The notes under the pieces: generated by a model | Databases searched by the model: none | The model's input: the letters and a program-made list of their open reading frames with translations, nothing else | What the model was told of the DNA's origin: nothing | Position numbers and translations under genes: made by a program | DNA from: an uncultured Pseudobdellovibrionaceae bacterium | GTDB lineage: Bacteria > Bdellovibrionota > Bdellovibrionia > Bdellovibrionales > UBA1609 | Length of the DNA stretch: 64,000 bases | Direction: 5' to 3' | Assembly: GCA_964453895.1 (NCBI GenBank) | Contig: CAYVRZ010000013.1 | Location: 3,975 to 67,974, forward strand | Shown here: piece by piece, positions 8,068-16,310 of the stretch | Numbering within the stretch: position 1 is the stretch's first letter | Layout: the number at the start of each line of letters is the position of its first letter

Positions 8068-9018
8068 ATGCAGTATTTAGTTACAGGTGGCGCGGGTTTT
8101 ATTGGCAGTCATTTGGTCGATGCGTTGCTTGCAAAAGGCCATTCGGTCCGCGCGATCGACAATTTGTCGACGGGGCTTGAGCCCAATCTCAAACTGGCGC
8201 TTAAAAATCCCAAATTTGAGTTTATTAAAAAAGATCTTTATAGCGAAGGTGAGGCCTGCATCCCGCACTTTAAGGGTGTGGATGTGGTGATTCATATGGC
8301 GGCCAACGCGGACGTGCGCTTTGGCACGGATCATCCGCGCCGCGATCTCGAGCAAAACACCATTGTGACCTGGCAAATTTTAGAGGCCATGCGGATGAAC
8401 GGTGTAAAACAAATCGCCTTTGCCTCGACCGGCTCAATTTACGGTGAGCCCGACGTTTTTCCCACTCCAGAGACGGCGCCGTTCCCCACGCAAACGTCGT
8501 TGTATGGCGCTTCGAAATTGGCGGCCGAGGGTATGATCTCGGCCTATTGTTATGGCTTTGATATGCGCTCGTGCATTTATCGGTTTGTTTCGTGTTTGGG
8601 GCCGCGCTACTCGCACGGACATGTGATTGATTTTGTGCGCCAGTTGAAAAAGCATCCCGGGCATCTTGACGTTCTGGGCGATGGCAATCAGCGAAAATCC
8701 TATATGCACGTGAGCGATTGCGTCGACGGCGTGCTGCTGGGTCTTGAGCGGGCTCGTGAAAAAGTGAATGTGTTTAACTTAGGCGTGGATGGCTCGTGCA
8801 CGGTGCGCGATTCGATTGGCTGGATTTGCGAAACTTTAGGTGTAAAGCCCGAGTTGCGTTTTACCGGTGGCACGCGCGGTTGGATTGGCGATTCGCCGCA
8901 CATTCATCTGGATGTAAAGAAAATTTCTGGGCTCGGGCACACGCCACGCCGGGGGATTTCGGAAAGTGTCGTCGATACGGTGAAATATCTTGAAGCCAAC
9001 GCGTGGATGCTCGAATGA
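8068..9018 (+). CDS. NAD-dependent nucleotide-sugar epimerase/dehydratase (extended SDR)
   Basis: Starts MQYLVTGGAGFIGSHLV (Rossmann GxxGxxG) and has YGASK (the YxxxK catalytic motif). 316 aa. Confidence 0.85.
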   Translation: MQYLVTGGAGFIGSHLVDALLAKGHSVRAIDNLSTGLEPNLKLALKNPKFEFIKKDLYSEGEACIPHFKGVDVVIHMAANADVRFGTDHPRRDLEQNTIVTWQILEAMRMNGVKQIAFASTGSIYGEPDVFPTPETAPFPTQTSLYGASKLAAEGMISAYCYGFDMRSCIYRFVSCLGPRYSHGHVIDFVRQLKKHPGHLDVLGDGNQRKSYMHVSDCVDGVLLGLERAREKVNVFNLGVDGSCTVRDSIGWICETLGVKPELRFTGGTRGWIGDSPHIHLDVKKISGLGHTPRRGISESVVDTVKYLEANAWMLE

Positions 9019-10010
9019 AGGTCGGCATTGTTGGCTGCGGCTTAATTGGCAAAAAACGCGCGCGCGCCTTGCAGAGTGATGATCAGCTGTTGGCGATTTG
9101 CGATAGCCAGGTTCAGTTTGCTGAAAGTTTAAATCGTGACTGTGGCGTTGCCGCTCAGGTTTATACCGAGTGGAAAGATCTGTTGGCGCACCCGGGCCTT
9201 GAGGCCGTTGTGATCGCGACTCCGCACAATATGCTGCCGATTATTACCGCAGCCGCCATTGAGAAGGGCTTGGCCGTTTTGGTTGAAAAACCCGCCGCCC
9301 GCAATCCGGGTGAGGTGCGCGAAGTGATAAGTGTGGCGGAGCGGAAAAAGGCCATTGTTCGAGTGGGATTTAATCACCGCTATCATCCGGCGTTTCGAAA
9401 AATCCGAGAACTGCAGTCGGTTGAGAAGTTTGGCCCACTGATGTTTATTCGCGGGCGCTATGGCCATGGCGGCCGCTTGGGGATGGAGAAAGAGTGGCGG
9501 GGCCGGCCTGAAATTTCGGGCGGTGGCGAGTTGATCGATCAGGGCGTGCATATGATCGACCTTTCGCGTTTGTGGTTGGGCCAGGTGAGCGAAGTGAACG
9601 GTTGGTCGCACAATTACTTTTGGCAGATGCCGGTGGAAGACAATGGCTTTTTGCTGTTGAAGAACAAAAACCAACAGGCCGCGTTTATTCAGGTGAGCTG
9701 CACGGAGTGGAAGAATCTGTTTAGTTTCGAAATTTATTTTCGCGATGTGAAGATAGACGTGAGTGGTCTGGGCGGCAGCTACGGCACGGAGACGTTGCGC
9801 TATTTTAAAATGCTGCCGCAAATGGGGCCGCCCGAGACCCAGGTGTTTGAGTTTGCGGGTCCCGATGACTCATGGAATTTTGAGTGGGCGGAATTCAAAA
9901 AAGATGTGGAATTGCGACGCCAGCCCGACGCCAATTTGGGCGATGCTTTGGCGGCGCTTGAAGTTGTGTATGAGACCTATCGGCAATCGGGTCAGGAGAT
10001 CAAATGTTAA
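9015..10010 (+). CDS. Gfo/Idh/MocA-family oxidoreductase
   Basis: Starts MKVGIVGCGLIGKKRA (Rossmann) and has an EKP motif (VLVEKPAA). The ATG at 9015 forms an ATGA overlap with the upstream stop, so I prefer it to the track start at 9003. Confidence 0.85.
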   Translation: MKVGIVGCGLIGKKRARALQSDDQLLAICDSQVQFAESLNRDCGVAAQVYTEWKDLLAHPGLEAVVIATPHNMLPIITAAAIEKGLAVLVEKPAARNPGEVREVISVAERKKAIVRVGFNHRYHPAFRKIRELQSVEKFGPLMFIRGRYGHGGRLGMEKEWRGRPEISGGGELIDQGVHMIDLSRLWLGQVSEVNGWSHNYFWQMPVEDNGFLLLKNKNQQAAFIQVSCTEWKNLFSFEIYFRDVKIDVSGLGGSYGTETLRYFKMLPQMGPPETQVFEFAGPDDSWNFEWAEFKKDVELRRQPDANLGDALAALEVVYETYRQSGQEIKC

Positions 10011-10984
10011 TCGTAAAGGCGCCTTTAAGAATTTCAATCGGCGGTGGCGGCACCGACTTGCCGTCGTACTATCAGAATCACGGCGCCTCGTTTATCAGCG
10101 CTGCGATCAATAAATATATCTACATCTCGTTACATAAGATTTTTATTCCCGATTACATTATTAAATATTCAGAAATGGAGCGGGTGCTGAACATCGACGA
10201 CATCAAACATCCGTTGGTGCGCGAGTGCTTGAAGGAAGTGAATGTCGGCCCGTCGCTTGAGATTTCAAGCTTTGCGGATATCCCGGCCGGCACTGGGCTT
10301 GGCTCCTCGGGCACGTTTACCGTGGCTTTGTTAAAGGCGCTTTATACCTACGCCGGGATTCGCCACGATGCCATGGGCTTGGCCGAGAAGGCGTGCGAAA
10401 TTGAAATCGACCGCTTAGGGTCGCCGATCGGCAAGCAAGATCAGTATATTTCTGCAGTGGGCGGTTTAACCCGCTTTACGATTGCCGGCGATGGCCGTGT
10501 AACGGCCGATCCGCTGCGAATGACGGAGCACGATCAAATTGATCTGGAAGAGCACTTGCTGCTGTTCTTTACCGGCTACTCGCGCTCGGCCTCGGACATT
10601 TTAAAAGAGCAAAACGATGCGACGAAAAAAGTCGACCAAGGGATGATCGACAATCTGCACTTTACCAAAGAGCTGGGAAATGAAATCGGCAAAGCTTTGG
10701 AAGCGGGCAAAATTGAAGAGTTTGGCCGCTTGCTGAATACGCATTGGGAACATAAGCGCAAACGCTCGAAGTCGATGAGCAATGAGAAAATCAATCAGTG
10801 GTACGACCTGGCCATGGAGAATGGGGCACTGGGCGGCAAGTTAATTGGAGCCGGTGGCGGCGGATTTTTAATGTTCTTGGCCGATGATAAGCGGCGCTTG
10901 CGCAAAACGATGCGCGAGGCGGGATTGGCCGACGTGCCGTTTAAGTTTGATCGCTTGGGTGCGCAGGTGGTTTTGCGTGACTAA
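10004..10984 (+). CDS. GHMP-family sugar kinase (D-glycero-D-manno-heptose 7-phosphate kinase-like)
   Basis: Contains PLRISIGGGGTDLPSYY near the N-terminus and the GHMP ATP motif PAGTGLGSSG. 326 aa, matching HddA-type kinases. Confidence 0.8.
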   Translation: MLIVKAPLRISIGGGGTDLPSYYQNHGASFISAAINKYIYISLHKIFIPDYIIKYSEMERVLNIDDIKHPLVRECLKEVNVGPSLEISSFADIPAGTGLGSSGTFTVALLKALYTYAGIRHDAMGLAEKACEIEIDRLGSPIGKQDQYISAVGGLTRFTIAGDGRVTADPLRMTEHDQIDLEEHLLLFFTGYSRSASDILKEQNDATKKVDQGMIDNLHFTKELGNEIGKALEAGKIEEFGRLLNTHWEHKRKRSKSMSNEKINQWYDLAMENGALGGKLIGAGGGGFLMFLADDKRRLRKTMREAGLADVPFKFDRLGAQVVLRD

Positions 10985-12182
10985 CTTTCAAGTCGCGGTG
11001 ATTGGCGATTGGCATTTGGCCTTTTGTACGGCCGTGAGTTTTAGCAAATCTGGAGTGGTGACGTTGCTGAAGCAGGCTCAAGGTCCGGCTAGCGTGTCGG
11101 CGGGGATCCCGCCGTGCCCGGTGAAAGAACCGTCGTTTGATGATTTTGTAGCCGAGGGTCGCCGTCGTGAATCGCTGTTTTCGACCGGCGCCTGGCAAGG
11201 GTGGGCGGCGCCGATTTGGTGGCTGGCCGTGGATACGCCAGTCGATGATGAAGATCGCCCCGATACGCGGGTGTTGCTCGACACTTTGGCTGAGGGATTT
11301 AAGTTGGGTGTGAAGCCTGAAATTTTAGCCGTGAGCAGCCAGGTGCCGCTTGGTTTTTGTAAGCGCGTGCAAGATCAATTTGGCGTGCCCGTTGTTTATG
11401 TGCCGGAGAATTTGCGGCTCGGGCAAGGGATTGAGACTTTTTTGCGAGCGGATCGCACGGTGATCGGCGCGGATGTGAGTGAAGCCGGAGAGCGGGTCAA
11501 GGGACTGATGAAGGGCTTTACAACTCAATTCTTGCACACCAACTTGGCCAGTGCAGAAATGGTTAAGCACGCGACCAATATTTTTTTAGCGACCAGCATC
11601 TCTTACGCCAACGAAATCGCCCGCGTCGGGCAAAAGTTTGGCGTGGATCACAATTTTGTAACCTCGGCCTTGAAGGCCGATAAACGCATTGGTCCTGCGG
11701 CGTACGTTAAGCCCGGACTGGGTTTTGCCGGCGGAACTTTGCCGCGCGATTTGCGGGTGCTCGAGACTTTGGGGAGCGAGCTCGGTGTGCCGGTGCCTTT
11801 GGTGAAAGCGGTTTTGCAAATCAACGACAGCGTTGACGATGTGATTGTTGAGCGGATTATGGGCATGGGCTTAGCGAATAAAAAAGTTCTGCTCGCGGGC
11901 TATAGTTATAAGGCCGATGTCGATACGGTTCGCCGGTCGCCGGCGGAGCGGTTGGCGAAGTTGTTGCGGGCCAAGGGTTTTACGGTTTTTGGTTTTGATC
12001 CGATGATGAACGGCAAGCCGCTTGAGACTTTAACGGATGTGGTTCAACATTGCGCGGATCTGAGTGAGGTGCCGAAGGATTGCGCGTTGGCTGTGATTGT
12101 AACTCCTCGCGCGAGTTTTAAAGATCTCAACTGGGGTCATTTGAAGACCTTCGATCTGGGCACGCAGTTGTGGGAGGTTTAG
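10977..12182 (+). CDS. Nucleotide-sugar dehydrogenase (UDP-glucose/GDP-mannose dehydrogenase family)
   Basis: Body matches the family (AEMVKHATNIFLATSISYANE, PGLGFAGGTLPRD, and a C-terminal domain with YKADVDTVRRSP). I place the start at GTG 10977 (VTNFQVAVIGDWHLA...) because the track start at 10884 overlaps the kinase by 100 nt. Confidence 0.7.
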   Translation: MTNFQVAVIGDWHLAFCTAVSFSKSGVVTLLKQAQGPASVSAGIPPCPVKEPSFDDFVAEGRRRESLFSTGAWQGWAAPIWWLAVDTPVDDEDRPDTRVLLDTLAEGFKLGVKPEILAVSSQVPLGFCKRVQDQFGVPVVYVPENLRLGQGIETFLRADRTVIGADVSEAGERVKGLMKGFTTQFLHTNLASAEMVKHATNIFLATSISYANEIARVGQKFGVDHNFVTSALKADKRIGPAAYVKPGLGFAGGTLPRDLRVLETLGSELGVPVPLVKAVLQINDSVDDVIVERIMGMGLANKKVLLAGYSYKADVDTVRRSPAERLAKLLRAKGFTVFGFDPMMNGKPLETLTDVVQHCADLSEVPKDCALAVIVTPRASFKDLNWGHLKTFDLGTQLWEV

Positions 12183-13022
12183 ATGTTGCTTAAAGATAAA
12201 GTTGTCGCCATCACCGGCGGCGGCCGCGGAATCGGACTCGCCATTGCCGAAACTCTGGCCGAACTCGGGGCGCGGGTTGCGGTGAGTGCGCGCACGCAGA
12301 GCGATTTGGACGCGGCCTTAAAATCTTTAAACGCCAAAGGTCCGGGCCCGCATTTGGCTTTCGTGTGTGATGTGCGCGAGACGGCGGCGGTTGAGAAATT
12401 TGCTGGCGCGGTTCGCGCGCAGCTGGGCCCGGTGTACGGGCTGGTGGCGGCGGCCGGCGTGTATGGTGAGATCAGTCCGTTTATCGATAGTTCGCTCGAA
12501 AAATGGGAAGAATCTTTAGACATTAATATTATGGGCGTGGTGCGCACGGTGCACATTTTTGCCCGTGAGATGAAGCCAACCGGCGGCCGCATGATTTTGT
12601 TCTCAGGCGGTGGCCAGGCGGCCATGCCCAACTTCGCACCGTACGTGACCGCCAAAGGCGGATTGTGGCGATTTACTGAGACGGTGGCTAAAGAATTGGC
12701 TGAGCATAAAATTTATCTGAATGCCCTTGCGCCTGGAGCGGTAAACACCAAACTTCTGGATGATTTATTGGCGGCGGGTCCAGAAAAAGTTGGCCGAGAA
12801 ATATATGAAAAGAGCCTTAAGCAGCGCGACTCGGGCGGCGAATCGCCGGTGAAGGCGGCCAAGTTGGTGCAATATTTTTTATCTGAGAAGTCCGATGGTA
12901 TTTTTGGCAAAACACTAAGCGCGGTTTGGGATGACTATGAAAATCTTAAAAGCGAAGTGAGCCGCTCGGATATTTATACCTATAAGCGCGTGGTGCGCGC
13001 CGACGGACACACGAAGCCCTAG
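12183..13022 (+). CDS. Short-chain dehydrogenase/reductase (SDR)
   Basis: Contains VVAITGGGRGIGLAIA (TGxxxGxG) and YVTAK (YxxxK). 279 aa. Confidence 0.85.
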   Translation: MLLKDKVVAITGGGRGIGLAIAETLAELGARVAVSARTQSDLDAALKSLNAKGPGPHLAFVCDVRETAAVEKFAGAVRAQLGPVYGLVAAAGVYGEISPFIDSSLEKWEESLDINIMGVVRTVHIFAREMKPTGGRMILFSGGGQAAMPNFAPYVTAKGGLWRFTETVAKELAEHKIYLNALAPGAVNTKLLDDLLAAGPEKVGREIYEKSLKQRDSGGESPVKAAKLVQYFLSEKSDGIFGKTLSAVWDDYENLKSEVSRSDIYTYKRVVRADGHTKP

Positions 13023-13744
13023 TTTCTGCGAAGGTGCAGCAGCACCGAGGTGCCAATGGGCTCGGGCAAAGCTTTCTGCAACTGGCAGGCGGCGCGGAAC
13101 AACGATTGCTTCCACGGCTTGGCCGTGACCGCCCCGACCGGATAGGGCTTTTGCATCCACTTTGAAAACATCAACGTGACCGGAATAAAAAACGAGCCGT
13201 AGTAGCGCGAGTTGAGGATGGTGAAATCTTTCTCGAACAATTCGATCATCCGGCTTTTTGTGTAGCGGCGGTAGTGGCCGAGCTGCACGTCGTGATAACC
13301 AAACAGCCAATTGTAGGCCGGGACGCTGATCACGGCCTCGCCGCCGCTCTTGACCAGCTGAGAAATATTTGTGACGGCGTCGGATTCGTCTTCGATGTGC
13401 TCAAGCACGTCGTGCATCACCAGTAAATCTACGGGCGCATATTTTTTGGTGAAGTCTTCGAGACCGATATTTTCAACTTGGATTTTGCCGCTCGCTGGGG
13501 CTTTGGCTAAGGCCGATTGAAAGGCGTTGGTCTCGGGCTCGCAGGCCAAGACTTTGGCGCCGGTGGCGGCGAGGCGCAGATTGTATTCGCCACTTCCGCA
13601 GCCGACATTGGCCACGGTTTTCTGGCGACCCGAGGCGAGCGCCTTTGCGAGCCATTGGCTGGTGATATCGTATTTGGCATTGGCGTACTCGTCGCGGCTG
13701 CGAAATTGGTGGTCTTGGCTCTTATATTCGAGATTTTCAGACAT
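13019..13744 (-). CDS. Class I SAM-dependent methyltransferase
   Basis: Contains VANVGCGSGEYNL (motif I) and a DLLVMHDVLEHIED motif. I prefer the start at ATG 13744 (MSENLEYK) over the extended track ORF. Confidence 0.8.
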   Translation of the reverse strand: MSENLEYKSQDHQFRSRDEYANAKYDITSQWLAKALASGRQKTVANVGCGSGEYNLRLAATGAKVLACEPETNAFQSALAKAPASGKIQVENIGLEDFTKKYAPVDLLVMHDVLEHIEDESDAVTNISQLVKSGGEAVISVPAYNWLFGYHDVQLGHYRRYTKSRMIELFEKDFTILNSRYYGSFFIPVTLMFSKWMQKPYPVGAVTAKPWKQSLFRAACQLQKALPEPIGTSVLLHLRRN

Positions 13745-13795
13745 TTTTAAGGCTGTAGCCTTGCCTCTTCGGGGCGTCAACCTTATACAAAATGA

Positions 13796-14461
13796 ATGGA
13801 TGAAATTGAGCGGATTCGGGAGACGTACAAAAAGCGCAGCCTTGATGGGCTTGAGGCGCGTTACCCCAAATTTTCGGCCTTTCAGCATCATAGCCGGTGC
13901 GAGCGTGAGTATTGGCTCGATTACTTTTTAACTTCACACTTTAGCAATTTTGATCAAGTTCGCTTTCTCGAGGTCGGTGCGGGCGCCGGGGGCAATCTGT
14001 CGAGTTTTTTTCGCCTTGGGATTCGCCGCGAGAATGTGTTTGCCAACGAGTTGATTGCTGAGCGCGCCCAGTCGCTTTTGACCTGGTTGCCCGAGAGCAA
14101 TATCGATATTGGCGATGCCTGCCGCCTGCGCTGGAACGATTTTGACGTGATCTATCAGTCGATGGTGTTCACTTCGATCTTGGATGATGGCGTGCGCCGC
14201 GAGCTGGCGCAAGTGTTGTGGCGGGCGCTTAAGCCCGGTGGGTTGTTCCTATGGTACGACATGCTTTTTAATAATCCCTCCAATCCCGATATTCGCGGCA
14301 TTAAAGTTAAAGAAATCCATGAACTGTTTCCTGAAGCCAAAATAGTGAGCCGGCGCATTACGCTTGCGCCGCCGCTGGGTCGTAAGCTCGGTCGGCTTTA
14401 TCCTTTTTTGAACTTTCCCTTCCTTCGGACGCACACGCTTTCGGCTTTGAAGAAGCCCTAA
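13796..14461 (+). CDS. Class I SAM-dependent methyltransferase
   Basis: Contains FLEVGAGAGGNL (motif I) and a later LKPGGLFLWYD block. 221 aa. Confidence 0.7.
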   Translation: MDEIERIRETYKKRSLDGLEARYPKFSAFQHHSRCEREYWLDYFLTSHFSNFDQVRFLEVGAGAGGNLSSFFRLGIRRENVFANELIAERAQSLLTWLPESNIDIGDACRLRWNDFDVIYQSMVFTSILDDGVRRELAQVLWRALKPGGLFLWYDMLFNNPSNPDIRGIKVKEIHELFPEAKIVSRRITLAPPLGRKLGRLYPFLNFPFLRTHTLSALKKP

Positions 14462-14502
14462 GGGCGTGCCAGAATAACGCTGACATTTAACAGGGAGTTT
14501 TT

Positions 14503-15666
14503 ATGGGACGTTCGACGTTTTTATCTTTTTCTCCCCCGATGGTTGGCGATGAAGAACTAGATTCGGTGGCGAGCGTTCTGAGAGCCAGTGAGTGGCTGTC
14601 TTCGGGCCCCAAAACCAAAGAGTTTGAAGAGAAATTTTGTGGAGTGGTGGGCGCCCATTCGGCCTTGGCGCTAAATTCGTGCACGGCGGGGTTGCACTTA
14701 GGTCTGGTGGCCCATGGAGTAAAGCCGGGGGATGAAGTCATCACCACGCCCATGACTTTTTGCGCGACGGCGAATGTGGTTGAGCATTGCGGCGGCACCA
14801 CGGTGTTGGCGGATGTGGAGCCCGATACTCTTTTGATTGACTGCAAAGAGGTTGAGAAAAAAGTTTCGCAGAAGACGAAGGTGATAATGCCGGTGCACTA
14901 CGCTGGGCACCCGGTGGATATGGAAAAAATCAACTCGATCGCGCGCGCTTCGAAAGTCGCGGTGATTGAAGACGCGGCTCACTGTATGCCGTCTAAAATC
15001 GGCAGTCGCTGGATCGGCAGCGGCGACAATTTGTGTGCGTTTAGTTTTTATGCCACTAAAAATATGACCACCGGTGAGGGCGGAATGCTCACTGGCCCGG
15101 CCGACTTGATTGATAAGTGTCGAATGATGGCGTTGCATGGCATGAGCAAGGGTGCCTATGACCGCTTTAAAAAAGGCGGCAATTGGCGTTACGATGTGCC
15201 GGCGCCGGGATTTAAATATAATTTGACGGATATCGCCTCGGCCCTTGGGCTGATTCAGCTCTCGCGGATTGATGAGCTCTATCAGCTGCGGCTGAAGGTT
15301 GTGGAATTTTACGACAAGGCTTTTAAGAATTCTCCGAATCTAGAAACCCTGCGGGTGAAACCGGGCTACCAGACCTCGTACCATTTGTATCCGATCTTCT
15401 TGCAGCTCGATAAACTGAAAATTGATCGCGATGAGTTTATTGTTCAGCTCACCGAGCGAAATATCGGCAGCGGTGTGCACTACCAGCCGGTGCATATGCA
15501 CTCATACTACGCCAAAAAATACGGCTGGAAGCCGGAGTCGTTTCCCAATGCGGCGCGGGCGTTTGAGCGCATGCTGAGCTTGCCTCTCAGTTCTCGGCAT
15601 ACGGTTGAAGACGCCGCCGACGTGGTTCAGGCCGTTGAAGATATTTTTAAAAAATTTAAGCGATGA
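14503..15666 (+). CDS. DegT/DnrJ/EryC1/StrS-family sugar aminotransferase (PLP-dependent)
   Basis: Family-typical sequence including FSFYATKNMTTGEGG, which carries the PLP lysine in the ATKN context. 387 aa. Confidence 0.9.
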   Translation: MGRSTFLSFSPPMVGDEELDSVASVLRASEWLSSGPKTKEFEEKFCGVVGAHSALALNSCTAGLHLGLVAHGVKPGDEVITTPMTFCATANVVEHCGGTTVLADVEPDTLLIDCKEVEKKVSQKTKVIMPVHYAGHPVDMEKINSIARASKVAVIEDAAHCMPSKIGSRWIGSGDNLCAFSFYATKNMTTGEGGMLTGPADLIDKCRMMALHGMSKGAYDRFKKGGNWRYDVPAPGFKYNLTDIASALGLIQLSRIDELYQLRLKVVEFYDKAFKNSPNLETLRVKPGYQTSYHLYPIFLQLDKLKIDRDEFIVQLTERNIGSGVHYQPVHMHSYYAKKYGWKPESFPNAARAFERMLSLPLSSRHTVEDAADVVQAVEDIFKKFKR

Positions 15667-16310
15667 TACTAAAGCGCCTTTTTGATTTTTGGGTCAGCTT
15701 TTTTGGACTGGTCTTGCTCAGTCCGTTTTTGCTCTTATGCGCGCTGCTTGTGAAGGCCTTTGACCGCGGGCCGGTATTTTTTGTGCAGGAGCGAGTGGGC
15801 TACAACGGCGAGTCGTTTCGGATGTTTAAGTTTCGCACCATGCGGGTGAACAACTCTGGCTCCGCCATCACCATCGGGAGCGATCAGAGAATCACTTCGA
15901 TCGGGCGAGTTTTGCGCCGCTTTAAAATCGATGAACTGCCCCAGCTGTGGAACGTGCTGCGCGGTGAAATGAGCTTTGTCGGACCACGGCCTGAGGTGCG
16001 CAAATATGTCGAGATGTACAATAGCAAACAACTTGAGGTCTTATTGCTGAAGCCTGGCATCACCGACCTCGCGTCGTTTGCGTTTTTTGACGAGAGTGAT
16101 TTGCTGGCCAGTGCGCCGAACCCAGAGGCGTTCTATATTCAAGAAGTGATGCCTGAGAAAATCCGCATTAACTTAGAGTACGCCGACCGCGCTAATTTTT
16201 TTGTCGATTTGTATTTGATCTTAGCCACTGTGCTGCGTTCGGTGGGGATTAAATTTAACTTGTTCCGCCGCTTGGATGTGCGGCCCCCGCTGTTGAGGAT
16301 TCAGGCGTGA
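15663..16310 (+). CDS. Small monotopic phosphoglycosyl transferase (bacterial sugar transferase, PglC/WbaP C-terminal type)
   Basis: N-terminal re-entrant helix, then FKFRTM, DELPQLWNVLRGEMSFVGPRP, the signature of the family. 215 aa. Confidence 0.9.
   Translation: MILKRLFDFWVSFFGLVLLSPFLLLCALLVKAFDRGPVFFVQERVGYNGESFRMFKFRTMRVNNSGSAITIGSDQRITSIGRVLRRFKIDELPQLWNVLRGEMSFVGPRPEVRKYVEMYNSKQLEVLLLKPGITDLASFAFFDESDLLASAPNPEAFYIQEVMPEKIRINLEYADRANFFVDLYLILATVLRSVGIKFNLFRRLDVRPPLLRIQA

Noticed and set aside
9129-9821. 230-aa minus-strand ORF inside the Gfo/Idh/MocA gene
   Set aside because: It is an antisense shadow ORF. The plus-strand frame has clear Rossmann and EKP motifs.
10884-10976. N-terminal 31-codon extension of the dehydrogenase ORF as given in the track
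   Set aside because: It would overlap the GHMP kinase gene by 100 nt and encodes Cys/Arg/Trp-rich sequence. The GTG at 10977 gives a family-like N-terminus (QVAVIG...).
12179-12655. 158-aa minus-strand ORF overlapping the SDR gene
   Set aside because: It is antisense to an ORF with canonical TGxxxGxG and YxxxK motifs, and it has no recognisable features of its own.
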